From Eledone cirrhosa (Eukaryota), in contig OZ024742.1 of the NCBI GenBank assembly GCA_964016885.1, forward strand, positions 159,774,001 through 159,838,000: a stretch of 64,000 nucleotides of DNA, given 5' to 3'. The notes under the pieces were generated by a model, which had not been told where the DNA came from, did not search any database, and worked only from the letters and a program-made list of their open reading frames with translations. Positions 1 to 12,760 of the stretch are shown piece by piece (the stretch's first letter is position 1; each line of letters starts with the position of its first letter). The translations under genes were made by a program, and so were the position numbers.

Positions 1-51
1 AATTTATCGTGATATGTATATATATATATGTACATATCTATATATATATAT

Positions 52-560
52 ATAGTAACAGCCGTACTAAGAGTATATATAAGTAACAGCCGTACTAAGA
101 GTGGGAAATGAAATTTCGTTTCATTTTTTTCCGTTTATCGTTTTCGGTGCACCCGGCCGATTAACCCACTCGATATGCAAATTGGGCTACTCAGCCGTTA
201 ATATGCATAAAGTAAGTATATACGTTCAACAATGTGGCAGGAAGGTATACGTTGCTGACGATAGCTAATAAGCTTGAAACTAGTACAGCGTTCCTTTGTC
301 AGTGTTGAACAAACGAGTAACGATGGTTGCTGGACACTACGGCTTAATAATACGGGATGTTTGTTTACAAACACACCGAGCATTATAATAAATGTTCGGT
401 GAATCCATACGTACATATATATATGTGTGCATGTATGTATATATATATATACATACTACTGTACGCCTGTATACATATATGTATGTCCGTGTACATACTT
501 ATATTTAAGTAACAGCCGTACTAAGAGTGGGAAATGAAATTTCGTTTCATTTTTCCGTTC
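52..560 (+). mobile_element. 426-bp tandem-unit element with minimal hammerhead ribozyme (retrozyme/Penelope pLTR-like), locus 1
   Basis: AAGTAACAGCCGTACTAAGAGTGGG occurs at 81 and again at 507 (period 426). The same unit recurs at 49053-49870 and 58157-58790. Confidence 0.8.
249..291 (+). ncRNA. Type I minimal hammerhead ribozyme
   Basis: ACGTTG-CTGACGA-TAGCTAATAAGCTT-GAAA-CTAG-TA-CAGCGT. Stem I is 6 bp, the CUGANGA/GAAA core is canonical, stem II is AGCT/AGCT, stem III is the palindrome CTAG, and the cleavage triplet is GUA. Confidence 0.88.
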
Positions 561-662
561 CCCAGTGAAGTAACAACCCAACAAGGAACTGGGCATATCA
601 GAGTATTGACAATATCATACACCTAAACAACATATGTACTTGTCTATACCATACTAATTCAA

Positions 663-717
663 ACTGCCTGAAGAGGTCACAGCCAAAGATGGCTGTCACT
701 GAAATATATATAGCAGT
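663..717 (+). ncRNA. Type I minimal hammerhead ribozyme (different family)
   Basis: ACTGC-CTGAAGA-GGTCACAGCC-AAAGAT-GGCTGTCACT-GAAA-TATATA-TA-GCAGT. Stem I is perfect, stem II pairs 9 of 10 positions, and stem III is palindromic. Confidence 0.88.
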
Positions 718-858
718 AATAAACGAAGCTAAATTTTAATCATTTGACTTTTATTTAACTTTATTTTACACTACTCCGGAGTAACCAAACCAACCTGCGC
801 ACTTCGTCGAGTGCTCCAGCCTGCATACTGAGGTGTTGGTATACAACCAACATAAACT

Positions 859-1692
<834 letters not shown>

Positions 1693-1888
1693 AGAGAGAT
1701 ATGTTTTGCGAGGTTTTTGATATGAAATCGTGTGTCGAATAATATTGACAGAAATTATAACAGAACACAATCACTGTTTTGTGGGTTTTCGCTTCTGCAT
1801 CTTTTATATCTCCATAGTTAATTCATTTGGTCCTCAATGTTTATCATTGACTGACCAACGTTCAAAAATACAGATATATATATATATA

Positions 1889-2861
1889 TATAGTCTACCA
1901 AAGTTCTTTCGTTGCGCATCTGCAACATCATCAGTGGAACTATTATCATGTTCCCTCCTATTGTGTTGTGTTTACGCCATTTTTATTTTATTTATTTATT
2001 TATTTGTCTCGTAAGTCTGTATTGTTTGTTTGGGCATGATTGTTGTTGTAATTCCATTCATTTTTCCCGTTTAGCTTTGGCTTTCTAAGATCTATTTCGC
2101 TCTCTTCTCTGATTTGCCTACCTGTTGGGTTATTTCTATGTTTAGATAATATTTTAATTTCTATGTTGTCTACATTTCTTATTAGTACAGTGTGTTATAT
2201 GTAAAGTGAACCCCCATATAAACTGTAAAACTAGAAATGTAGTATATAGCATAAGATGTACAGAGGGTACTTGCAGAAACATGACAACGACATATATAGA
2301 TGAGACAGCCCGAATCATAGGAGAATGAATAGACCAACACTGGGGCGGGAGGAGGGGGGCTAAAAGGACGACAAAACGGTTCAGTACTATACGAACACAC
2401 CAGACAAGAACATGACGGTAACATAGACAACATAGAAATTAAAATAAGATCTAAACATAGAAATGACCCAACAGGTAGGCAAATCAGAGCTTAGAAAGCC
2501 AAAAGCTAAACAGAAAAAATGAGTGGAATAACAACAACAACCATACCCAAACAAACAATACTGACTTACGAGAAAAATAAATAAATAAATAAATAAATAT
2601 ATACACAAGTACAATAACAACAAACACATGTAAACACACACTAATAAACAAAGATAGAATACAAAAACCAAAACATATAGAGCCAAACGCAAACACACAC
2701 ACCAAACATTATACACACATGCAAACGCAACGGCAGAGACGGAGACAAAAATAAATAAATAAAATAAAAATGGCGTAAACACAACACAATAGGAGGGAAC
2801 ATGATAATAGTACCATTGATGATATTGCAGATGTGCAACGAAAGAACTTTGTTAGACTATA
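1889..2861. mobile_element. Fold-back element with long imperfect inverted arms, HHR at each outer end, TA-flanked
   Basis: 1889-2173 is an inverted copy of ~2422-2861 with an indel. The ends are TATAGTCTACCAAAG and CTTTGTTAGACTATA. Confidence 0.78.
1891..1942 (-). ncRNA. Type I hammerhead ribozyme
   Basis: Minus strand reads TAGTTCCA-CTGATGA-T-GTTGC-AGATGC-GCAAC-GAAA-GAAC-TT-TGGTAGACTA. The mirror copy at 2808-2859 (+) has a C3->T core change. Confidence 0.7.
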
Positions 2862-2875
2862 TATATATATTTTTA

Positions 2876-3490
2876 TAAATAAAATACAGAATTACTAACT
2901 CATATTGATACCCTGCAATTAACTGTATATATATTGTATATCTTCCGTTTGCTTCAGGCTAAATTTATCAAACGATTGTGGTAAATTTATCAAACCATTG
3001 TGTCTAAAATTACAAGAAATTTAGACACACAATTTACTGTGTTTATTTCTAAATGCTCAGTATTTATACTTTGAGCTTGTTAATTGCAGGGTATCAATAT
3101 GAGTTAGTAACTCTGTATTTTATTTGTATTTCGGCTGCCTAACTAGGTGAGCTTATAAGTTGGGTGTATTAAGGCTATTAATTTTAGCATATCCACTCAC
3201 ACCACTTCTAACGTCCAGCGCACGAGGTGAGATATTCATTCATGTGGCTTTTAGTTGTATGTGTTTGTTCCATTTGATCTTATCTCTCGCTGAGGAAAGC
3301 CTACGGATTATCTGTTACAAACACAATTTTCAGGGCGGAATAGATTAAATCTCTAATCTGTACGAGAGATTGAGACGGTCTGTATATATATTCTATATCT
3401 TCCGTTTGTTTCAGGTTAAATTTATCAAACCAATGTGGTATTTCAACCCTCGTAATTTTAGACACACAATTTACTGTGTTTATTTCTACA
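2876..3490 (+). mobile_element. ~455-bp partial tandem unit with short inverted terminus and degenerate HHR
   Basis: 2925-3050 is repeated at 3381-3488, and 2876-2923 is inverted at 3080-3127. An HHR-like motif lies at 3282-3370. Confidence 0.65.
3282..3370 (+). ncRNA. Degenerate type I hammerhead ribozyme
   Basis: ATCTCTCG-CTGAGGA-...-GGAA-TAGATTA-AATCTC-TAATCTG-TA-CGAGAGAT. Stem I is 8 bp and stem III 7 bp, GAAA is changed to GGAA, and stem II is weak. Confidence 0.55.
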
Positions 3491-3654
3491 TATATTATTA
3501 TATATTTATATCTGTATTTTTGACCGTTGGTCAGTCAATGATAAAAATTGATGGCCAAATGAATTAACTATGGAGATATAAAAGATGCAGAAGCGAAAAC
3601 CAGCCAAACAGTGACTGTGTTCTGTTATTATTTCTGGCAATATTATTACAACAA

Positions 3655-3938
3655 TATGACCCTCCCCAAATATAACAAAAGTCATCTCAAAAGTGACACA
3701 GAGGAGACTGAGGTTAGCTGGACATGCTCACCGACATCCAGAGTGGACATTGCACTCAGTGCTCCTGTGGGAGCCCCTACATGGACACACTGGAAGAGGA
3801 AGACCAAGGTTAACGTATGTTGATGCCCTAAGGACAGACACTGGTCTGTTGGAGACGCGGGACATGGAAGCGATAATGAGGGACAGAGACCGCTGGAGAG
3901 AACTCGTCCATGGATCTCGGGAATTTTACCCGCCCTAG
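3655..3938 (+). mobile_element. RTE-clade LINE 3' fragment
   Basis: C-terminal RRLRLAGHAHR...GRPRLTY...DRDRWR motifs. Near-identical copies lie at 11820-12130 and 16222-16345. Confidence 0.8.
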
Positions 3939-4127
3939 AATATATATATATATATATGAATGTATATATAGTGTATTTTGCAATACACTGTATGCTTAAT
4001 TAAAAGCATTTTGAAGACCATACGCTATTGTTTTAAAGTAGCGACATTGTCGTTTACTTAAATTTTTAATTTTAAAATTCTAATTTTCAATTTCTGCTGG
4101 GCCGGCGACCGCTCTGTAAAATCAGTT

Positions 4128-4492
4128 AGCCGAATATATCCAAGGTATATATTGAGTGAGAAACTCAAAATAGTCTCTTACAATAAATTAGCTCTAGGAA
4201 AGAAATTTTTCCGAGCCGTAAAAAGTTGTTACCGCAATTATGGTTTGTATTTATTTTCTTGATTTATTCTTAAATTAAGTCTGACAAACCCTATTGTCTA
4301 TAGTTAGTATTCTTTTCACCTTAGCGAATCTGGTCCCTTACGATTTGAACACATATATCTATATGTCTGTGTTCGTTTTTCTTTTTGTTCAGTTATATTT
4401 ACGGCTCGGAAAAATCTCTTTCCTAGAGCTAATTTATTGTAAGAGACTATTTTGAGTTTCTAACTCAATATATACCTTGGATATATTCGGCT
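4128..4492. repeat. Fold-back repeat (~95-bp inverted arms); family also at 62320-62560
   Basis: AGCCGAATATATCCAAGG...CCGAGCCGTAAA is the inverse of TTTACGGCTCGG...CCTTGGATATATTCGGCT. Confidence 0.8.
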
Positions 4493-5622
4493 CCGTTAGT
4501 TCGCCGAGCTAATTCAAATGTCGAGTAAACCCGGCTGCTATTTTTAGTGGCGTGAGTTTACGAGACACGCTAAGTTCTGATACCATGTGCGTTATATATA
4601 AACACACTATCCAGTTTTTTAATATACTTAGAATTGACCAGGATACTAATAATTCTTCACCCGCTGATGAACGAGAATATGGTATTCCTTTTCACAATTA
4701 ATATTGCGAAACAGTATTATCAGTTCTTCCTTCTATTCCTAAATTGGTAATTAATTTGTAGGCTTCTTCATTAATTTCAGTAAAATCCTCAGCCGGGGCT
4801 TTTTTGTAATTTTTCCTAAGTTCCTTTAAAATCAAGTTGTTATATTCATCTTTGCTTATCCCATATAAATTATTAGTTTTGTCCGATTTAACCAATACTT
4901 TGTTAACATTTTTTATTTCAGTGATTTTTCTTTTAGAGTTCTAAGGTATTGGTGGCCTATATATGGGTTTTTCTAAATTTAATTTACGGTGGTCAAACAC
5001 AACAATATAGAACTAAATAGAGTAAAGAAAAGTATAATAGAATTCTTTAAAATGTACAACCTTAAGTTAGAAGTAGAAAATGGTACCAAAATAGTTAATT
5101 TCCTAGACGTTACGTTTAACTAAAACACTGGCTTCTATTACCCTTTTCATAAGCCCAATGAAAACTTAAACTATGTTAGTAACCATTCCAATCACCTTAA
5201 ATCTGTAAAAAAAAAAGCTATAGTAAATAGTGTGCAAAAACGAATTAATAAAATATCAGCCAATAAACATATATTTGATGAAAACGCTGAATACTATAAC
5301 AACGCGTTAAAAAAAGCAGGATATACGAATAACATAGAATATGTAGATAATAATAATCCAACTATTAATCTTAATAAAAATAATAACATATATAAGAGAA
5401 ACTCTAATAATTATAATTCACACACCCATACGCCAAATAAATCGAGGATAAGAACTAGAACTAAACCAGTCATATGGTTACCCCCCCACCCCCGCTTCTG
5501 TTGCAGTTAAAACACCAATCGCAAAATTATTCTTTAAAGCTCTTGACACTTCTTTCCCTACGCAACATAAATACCATTCCATTTTTAATACCATTAAATT
5601 CTCGTATTCTACAACCAGTAAC

Positions 5623-6177
5623 ATGGCCCAAAACATCGCCAAATTAAACACTAAAATCCTAAAACAAATCCAGCATAATGATATTAATAATAGAGTTAAC
5701 ATAAATGATACTAAACCTAAATGTAATTGTAGAAATAGAACTGATTGCCCTTTGCAAAATAATTGTTTAGATAGTAATTTGGTTTATAAATTCACCGTAA
5801 AAACTGATCACAATACTTACAACTACATAGGATCGACTTCTTCCACTTTTAAAGCCAGCTTTGCGAACCATAAATGCTCATTCTCGAACTCAAAGAGGAA
5901 ATCATCCACGTCTTTATCACAGCTCATATGGTCATTAAAAGAGAAGAATTTAAAATACTCCATTCTTTGGACAAATCTTCGGAACTGTGGAGTTTACCAC
6001 AACTCTAGTATATCAAATAACTGCGCACTCTGTACAATGGAGACCCTGTTGATTATTAATAACTATGAGACCCTAATTAACAAAAAATGTGAATTATTCT
6101 CTAGTTGCCTCCACAAAGCTACGTCCACATTCTTAGCCTCCCACAAAACGAGAAAAAAAAAGAGAGAGAAACATTAA
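5623..6177 (+). pseudogene. GIY-YIG endonuclease domain of Penelope-like element
   Basis: CNCRNRTDCPLQNNC, LVYKF, YIGST, FANHK, TSLS, CALC and E motifs. Upstream frameshifts are present. Confidence 0.85.
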
Positions 6178-7547
6178 ACCATTAAAAACTTGGTTGTCAG
6201 ACGTATATAATCAACAGGGAAAAACATTAATATTGCACTATCTTATAACTATCTATAGAAGAAATAACGCTCGAATGAAAGACATGCCGGAACATTGATA
6301 CACATAACATTATTCTGTTAACTTTGATCCATACCGTTATTTCTTTATTTCTTTATCCTTATCTTCCTACTTAAGTTTTAAATCTGAGTTTTATACCAAA
6401 CCTTACATCATTACTGAACTTATTTATAAGTGTGAATTTTTCATGCGTTTCTGATCTCTTATTTATAATGTGTATGCAATTATATTTTCTATGTTTTTAA
6501 ATATACCTACTGCATTCTTATATCCATGATTCAAATATAGAGCAAATATCCAAATTACAAATTATTATAAATATTATTTCGAACTATGAATTATCCATGC
6601 ATTTATTATTGTTTTTCTTATATATATATGTATTTAACTTTAACACGTAGAACTTTATTATATAAAATTATAACCGTTATCATTTACCTAAAGTATACTG
6701 TATCACTAATACATAATATAAGATATATCCATATATAACTCCCAGTATCTTTCTATACATAATTTTCAGTTAACTTCTAAATTTTTTGATTGTTTCTACT
6801 TTGAGCTAGGAATAATTAATACATGCACACACGGTTATATATGGGTATATATTTAGTTTTAACATGCCTCAATCTATTATTTTATTTTTATTTTATTTTC
6901 ATTATCATTTACCTAAAATATACTGGCTCATTAATTAATATATATCTATATACATAACCGTTATTTAAATTTTTCTAACAATACGTACTTCAAAAGCTTT
7001 ACATACCTAATACGTTGACAATGAAAGATTACATTTAGGAAAATATTCAACAGTGTAAACTTTCCTTAATAATGGCCAGCTAAACCCTTTAAATCTTATC
7101 ATCAAAAAATTCAGAAGCTTAGAAATGTTAACACACTTATAAAATTTACAAAATAACCATCAATTTAAAAAAAAACCCTAAAATATTGATTCTTCACCCT
7201 AAGATAACATAAATTAAATATTTTCAAACGTAACAGTTTAACTTTCGGAAAAAAATCTTCTTCTGCATACATTACCCCCCCCCCCCCCACCTTTCCTCCA
7301 CTCTCTCACTGACTGTTATAATTCATGAAATGCTTTCCTAGATAAATTGTAGTATCATACATATTAAAATCTCGATAACTGGTACATTAAGCAACGTTTT
7401 TCTTACTCACACATTCTCTATTGAATTTATTACGTTTACGCATTTTCTCATTATTAGGGTATAAATGTTAAATTTTCTCTTAGGTTAATCACTACCTTGA
7501 TTAAATCTTAACCAATTAACATCTCAGGGTATGTCATGTATCATTAA

Positions 7548-7600
7548 ATTTTGTCTGATGAGGACGTATTGTTGTACATCCGAAATATGTATAATAAAAT
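7548..7600 (+). ncRNA. Type I minimal hammerhead ribozyme in Penelope 3' region
   Basis: ATTTTGT-CTGATGA-GGACGTA-TTGTTG-TACATCC-GAAA-TATGTA-TA-ATAAAAT. Confidence 0.85.
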
Positions 7601-7734
7601 GTAATTGATCAAAAGAACATCTATTTTATTAATGTTTATATTCTAATATTAATAACTCAGGAAAATTATTTTACCATAGAGTGCTTCCAAAACTCATTCT
7701 TTGATATACTCATTGAATTTTGTTTAACTCTTCA

Positions 7735-7842
<108 letters not shown>

Positions 7843-7949
7843 ATAATAATAAAATTGAAGACTAAAATCCAAAGAGGGCTCGATAAGGATAAATATATAT
7901 CAAATATATAAGAACCGTAGAGCAAATATTTATTAAAATAACAGATTAA

Positions 7950-8000
7950 AGTTTAAGCAAAGAATCGCTGCTTTCACCCTTAACGGGATCTTCTGAAACT
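7950..8000 (-). ncRNA. Hammerhead-like motif with CAGAAGA core variant (copy A)
   Basis: Minus strand reads AGTTT-CAGAAGA-TCCC-GTTAA-GGGT-GAAA-GCA-GCGATTCTT-TGC-TT-AAACT. Copies lie at 61109-61159 (+) and 62872-62922 (-). Confidence 0.6.
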
Positions 8001-8381
8001 AACAAAGTCAATCTGTAATTTCAAAAACGTAGCAGCCGGAGGAAGACAGGAAGACGATACTTTGGTTCGTGGGAACGTTCGCTGGCAAAGAACGGGAAAA
8101 AACGTATGTAAAATATCTAACCCAGAGAACCCATTCGATGTCTCAGTGCCGAGGTTTGTGATCTGGTCGGCCTATTCCTCTTACATACACTTAAAGAAAA
8201 ATTTCCTAACCATATTTTTGGGCTTTATCGCGATGATGGTCTAATACTTTCCCATACCACCATAGGCCATAACTTAGATAGATTAAGGAAAGACTTAATA
8301 AAAACCTTCGCTAGTTTTAATCTTAAAATTACTATTGATACTAACCTTTCCAACGTAGATTTCCTAGATATAAACCTAGAT

Positions 8382-9329
8382 TTGCCTACTGCTTCTTATA
8401 AACCATACCATAAACCTAATGAAAACTTAAAATATATAAATAAAGGATCTTGCCATCCACCTATAGTTTTTAAAAACCTTATCCCTAATATTAGCCGTAG
8501 GATCTCCACCCTCTCTTCCTCAGAAGCTATTTTTAATAAGGCATCCCCCTACTATAATAAAGCCCTCCAAAATAGCGGCTTTAGCGAACCGATTAAATAC
8601 ATACCTAACTACACTAACTCTATTAAACATAAAAATAGGAAAAGAAAAATAATCTGGTTCACACCCCCCTACTCTCTAGCAGTTAAAACTAATGTAGGCA
8701 AAAAATTCCTAGAACTCCTAGATAAACATTTCCCTAGAACACATAGATACTATAAGATCTTTAACAGAAACTGTGTTAAAATTAGCTATTCCTGCGGTCC
8801 CCCTATTAAGTCCTATATCCTCAACAAAATATCACCTAGAGAAAATCAAACTTGCTCCTGTAGAATCAAAAGTGAATGCCCATTACAAGGTAAATGCAAC
8901 ACCAAAGCCATTGTATATGCGGCTAAAGTGACAACCATCAGCAACAACCATCCAGCCACCAGTGAACGATATGTGGGTATAACGCAAGACAGATTCAAAA
9001 CGCGTTATTACTCACATATCGCATCCTTTCGACATCCAGAAAAAAGATTTACAACAGCTCTGGCTAGCAGAATTTGGGATTTGAAAGACCAAGGCATCCA
9101 ATATAAACTAGATTGGTCAATTTTGAACCAATCTAAAAAATATGCTAGAGGAACAAGAAAATGCACGCTCTGCATAAATGAAAAATTTTGGATATTGCAA
9201 AATCTTAAATCACCAAAGACCTGCCTGAACACAAAGACGGAAATTTTCACCAGTTGCCCACACATGAAATCACACCTGCTTTCCAGCTCATATAAACTTA
9301 ACACACTTTCAGATACTTATCCTCCATAA
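8382..9329 (+). CDS. Penelope-like RT thumb + GIY-YIG endonuclease (partial ORF)
   Basis: YKPYHKPN, KIIWFTPPYS, CSCRIKSECPLQGKC, IVYAA...YVGIT, FKTRYYSH, CTLCINEK. Confidence 0.88.
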   Translation: MPTASYKPYHKPNENLKYINKGSCHPPIVFKNLIPNISRRISTLSSSEAIFNKASPYYNKALQNSGFSEPIKYIPNYTNSIKHKNRKRKIIWFTPPYSLAVKTNVGKKFLELLDKHFPRTHRYYKIFNRNCVKISYSCGPPIKSYILNKISPRENQTCSCRIKSECPLQGKCNTKAIVYAAKVTTISNNHPATSERYVGITQDRFKTRYYSHIASFRHPEKRFTTALASRIWDLKDQGIQYKLDWSILNQSKKYARGTRKCTLCINEKFWILQNLKSPKTCLNTKTEIFTSCPHMKSHLLSSSYKLNTLSDTYPP

Positions 9330-9729
9330 ACTCTTATTATTCTCTTTTTAATTACCCTTTCTGACTTACTTTCATTTTTATCCTTGTCAATAATTTCATT
9401 TATTTTCACTTTTATTTATTTTTACTTCACATTTCCCCCCCCCCCCTTTATTCTCAGATCCACTTCCTATTTTCTATTTTTTACTTCCCCTTCTTTTACT
9501 TCCCTTTTTCCTCCACTAACTGATTACACTTGTCTTTTGTGTTTTTCAATCCAGATATTTTCATTTTTATTTTATTTTTGCGCAGCCTATCTTACAATTT
9601 TATATTTGTACTTATTTATCCACATTTCAATATGGCTGAACGCCTTAATGTGTGTATACTTTTTATATATGTACATGAGTGACTACGTATGTGCGCGCGC
9701 GTGCGTGTGCGTATGTGTGTTTATGTATA

Positions 9730-9766
<37 letters not shown>

Positions 9767-9950
9767 ACAGGTGTTTGTGTGTGTGTGTGTATGTATATAT
9801 TATGCGGATGTGTACGTGTCTTTATATCCGTGTTTTTGACATCTCGGTTTTATGTTTTGTTACTTTTTTCTTCTCCCCCCCCCTTCCTTTTTTACTTACT
9901 CAGTTTCATACGTGGGCATGTAAACAGGTTTATATGCGTGAGTATAGGTA

Positions 9951-9981
<31 letters not shown>

Positions 9982-10508
9982 ACGTATCGAACGTACGGAA
10001 GTGTAAGTGCGCGTGTTTATATAAGCATAATTATTTTTACATTTCTTTTGTGAGACACGCGTGTCTGTGTATGTATATACCCCCCTTTTTTTGTTTTCTT
10101 TAATTTTTTCTTTCTAATTTATCGTTATTATATTTTTATAAATATATCGAGTCTGACCCTTTTCTTTTAATTATTATACTCCCTTACCTCCTTTCTTTCC
10201 GCACCTAAGCGTACGAGTGTCCAGGCGTTTTATGCGCGCGCCTTCATATTCGTATATTTACGATGTAACCATTTCTGTTTGTATAATACAGACATATAGA
10301 CATATAGATATATTTGCCCTATTTTAGAATTACGCACACTTTCTCACTATACATGTACATGTACACATCTGGGAGCGTATATACATATACACACACCTAA
10401 CTATATATCTTGATAGATTTTTATATATTTCAATTTCTATTTCATTTATCTATATCTTTTTTTTTTATTTTCTTGATGTGTTTTTCTAAGTATTTGCCCA
10501 TGTTTTAT

Positions 10509-10586
10509 ATTGCCTCGTCTGACGAACGAATGAAGTCGTTTATTTCGTATTCGCCTCATTCGGGAAACCTCTGGTAATGAGGTAAT
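10509..10586 (+). ncRNA. Type I hammerhead ribozyme in Penelope 3' region
   Basis: ATTGCCTCGT-CTGACGA-ACGAATGA...TCATTCGG-GAAA-CCTCTGG-TA-ATGAGGTAAT. Stem I is 10 bp and the cleavage site is GUA. Confidence 0.88.
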
Positions 10587-10608
10587 TATATTGTATTGAT
10601 TTTTATAC

Positions 10609-10806
<198 letters not shown>

Positions 10807-11157
10807 GGGAGAGATGACCCCTTAGCCTTTGTCAAGGCAGAATTCTAGGAGAAGGAAAACTCTGATATAACACCTGCAACCCTGATGGTATCCAATGATG
10901 TTGACTTGTTCTTCTTTTTGGTAAATATCATCTTGGTTAAGAGAGTGGGACTGGCTTTGTGCAGTGCCTTTGCTCACTATAAAAGCCTCATGGGGCCCAG
11001 CACTATGTGTCAATAATGGTCACAAGTGTAATCTTTGTACTAGAGTTTTCAAGTCGCTGGCTGGACTAAAAAGTCACACTCGTTCAGCGCATCGGTAGGG
11101 GTTCTCCTACATGGGTATAAAGTAGTGGCCGTACTCGAAAACGAGTTGGCAGCCACC

Positions 11158-11278
11158 ATGTATATATGTATATATATGTATATATATGTATATGTATATA
11201 TGTATATGTATATATATATGTGTATATGTATATATGTATATATATGTATATGTATATATGTATATGTATATATATATG

Positions 11279-11339
<61 letters not shown>

Positions 11340-11708
11340 GTATATGTATATGTATATATATGTATATATATGTATATATTTGTATATATATGTATATTTG
11401 TATATATATGTATATTTGTATATATATGTATATATATATATATATATTTGTATATATATGTATATTTGTATATATATGTATATATGTATATATATGTATA
11501 TATGTATATATATGTATATATATATATATGTATATATATGTATATATGTATATATATGTATATATATGTATATATGTATATATATGTATATATGTATATA
11601 TATGTGTATATATGTATATATATATGTATATATGTATATATATATGTATATATGTATATGTGTATATATATATGTATATATATGTATATATATATGTATA
11701 TATATGTA
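11158..11708. repeat. (TA)n/(TATG) microsatellite
   Basis: Read directly. Confidence 0.95.
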
Positions 11709-12145
11709 TCCTCAGCATTCTCGTGTAGCACCCATCCACCATCTGAGTGAGTTTCTTGGTCAGTGTCCAAGTCTCAGACCCATACAGCAGCACAGACTCG
11801 ACTACAGCAATGAACATTAATCAGTATACACTGAGGATGAAAAACTCAGAGCTGTATGGGAGCATCCCAAAAGTCAGCTCAAAAGTGACACAGAGGAGAC
11901 TGAGGTTAGCTGGACATGCTCACCGACATCCAGAGTTGACATTGCACTCAGTACTCCTTTGGGAGCCCCTACATGGACACACTAGAAGAGGAAGACCAAG
12001 GTTAACGTATGTTGATGCCCTAAGGACAGACACTGGTCTGTTGGAGATGCAGGACATGGCAGCGATAATGAGGGACAGAGACCGCTGGAGAGAACTCGTC
12101 CATGGATCTCGGGAATTTTACCCGCCTTAGATAGATAGATAGATA
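11708..12145 (+). mobile_element. RTE LINE 3' fragment with inverted 5' piece
   Basis: The minus piece 11708-11817 encodes [14 protein letters not shown]...CYTRMLRI. The plus piece 11820-12130 encodes the following C-terminus and ends in a (TAGA)n tail. Confidence 0.82.
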
Positions 12146-12721
12146 TATGTATATATATATGTATATATGTATATATGTATATATATATGTATATATGTAT
12201 ATATATATATATGTATGTATATATGTATATATATATGTATATATATATGTATATATGTATATATATGTATATATATATATATGTATATATGTATATATAT
12301 ATGTATATATGTATATATATATGTATATATGTATGTATATATATATATATGTATATAGGTATGTATATATATATGTATATATAAGTATATATATATATGT
12401 ATATATATGTATATATATGTATATATATGTATATATATGTATATATAATATATATATGTATATATATGTATATATATGTATATATATGTATATATATGTA
12501 TATATATATGTATGTATATATATATCTATACATGTATATATATACATCATCATCATCATCAGGTCGAGCTTGCTCGGCTTTCTACGACACGTGTCCTCCA
12601 TGCATCTCTGTCTCTCATAGCGTTTGCCAGTTCTTCCGCAGTGCATCCTGTATCGTCCTCAAGAAGACATATATATATACTTGTATAGATATGTATATAT
12701 ATGTATATATATATGTATATG

Positions 12722-12760
<39 letters not shown>

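Larger units (their letters stand above)
1738..3650. repeat. Pair of ~140-bp inverted copies (1738-1878 and ~3508-3650) bracketing nested repeats
   Basis: CTTCTGCATCTTTTATATCTCCATAGTTAATTCATTTGG is the reverse complement of CCAAATGAATTAACTATGGAGATATAAAAGATGCAGAAG. Confidence 0.8.
4600..7700 (+). mobile_element. Penelope-like retroelement (degenerate, 5' part inverted) with 3' HHR
   Basis: RT thumb (VNFLDVTF..., FHKPNE), a CxC-x5-CP linker and GIY-YIG motifs (VYKF...YIGST) in 5623-6177. N-terminal PLE sequence (KSDKTNNLY) is on the minus strand at 4698-4900. An HHR lies at 7548-7600. Confidence 0.85.

Noticed and set aside
4058-4113. Possible terminal exon of the host gene (ERSPAQQKLKIRILKLKI*)
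   Set aside because: The phase fits, but the acceptor context abuts a repeat and the peptide gives no independent support.
4272-4345. HHR-like CTGACAA...GAAT-CTGG-TC
   Set aside because: Two core deviations and no clear stem II. GAAT is also present in the second copy.
4664-4700. CTGATGA motif
   Set aside because: No GAAA or closing stems follow.
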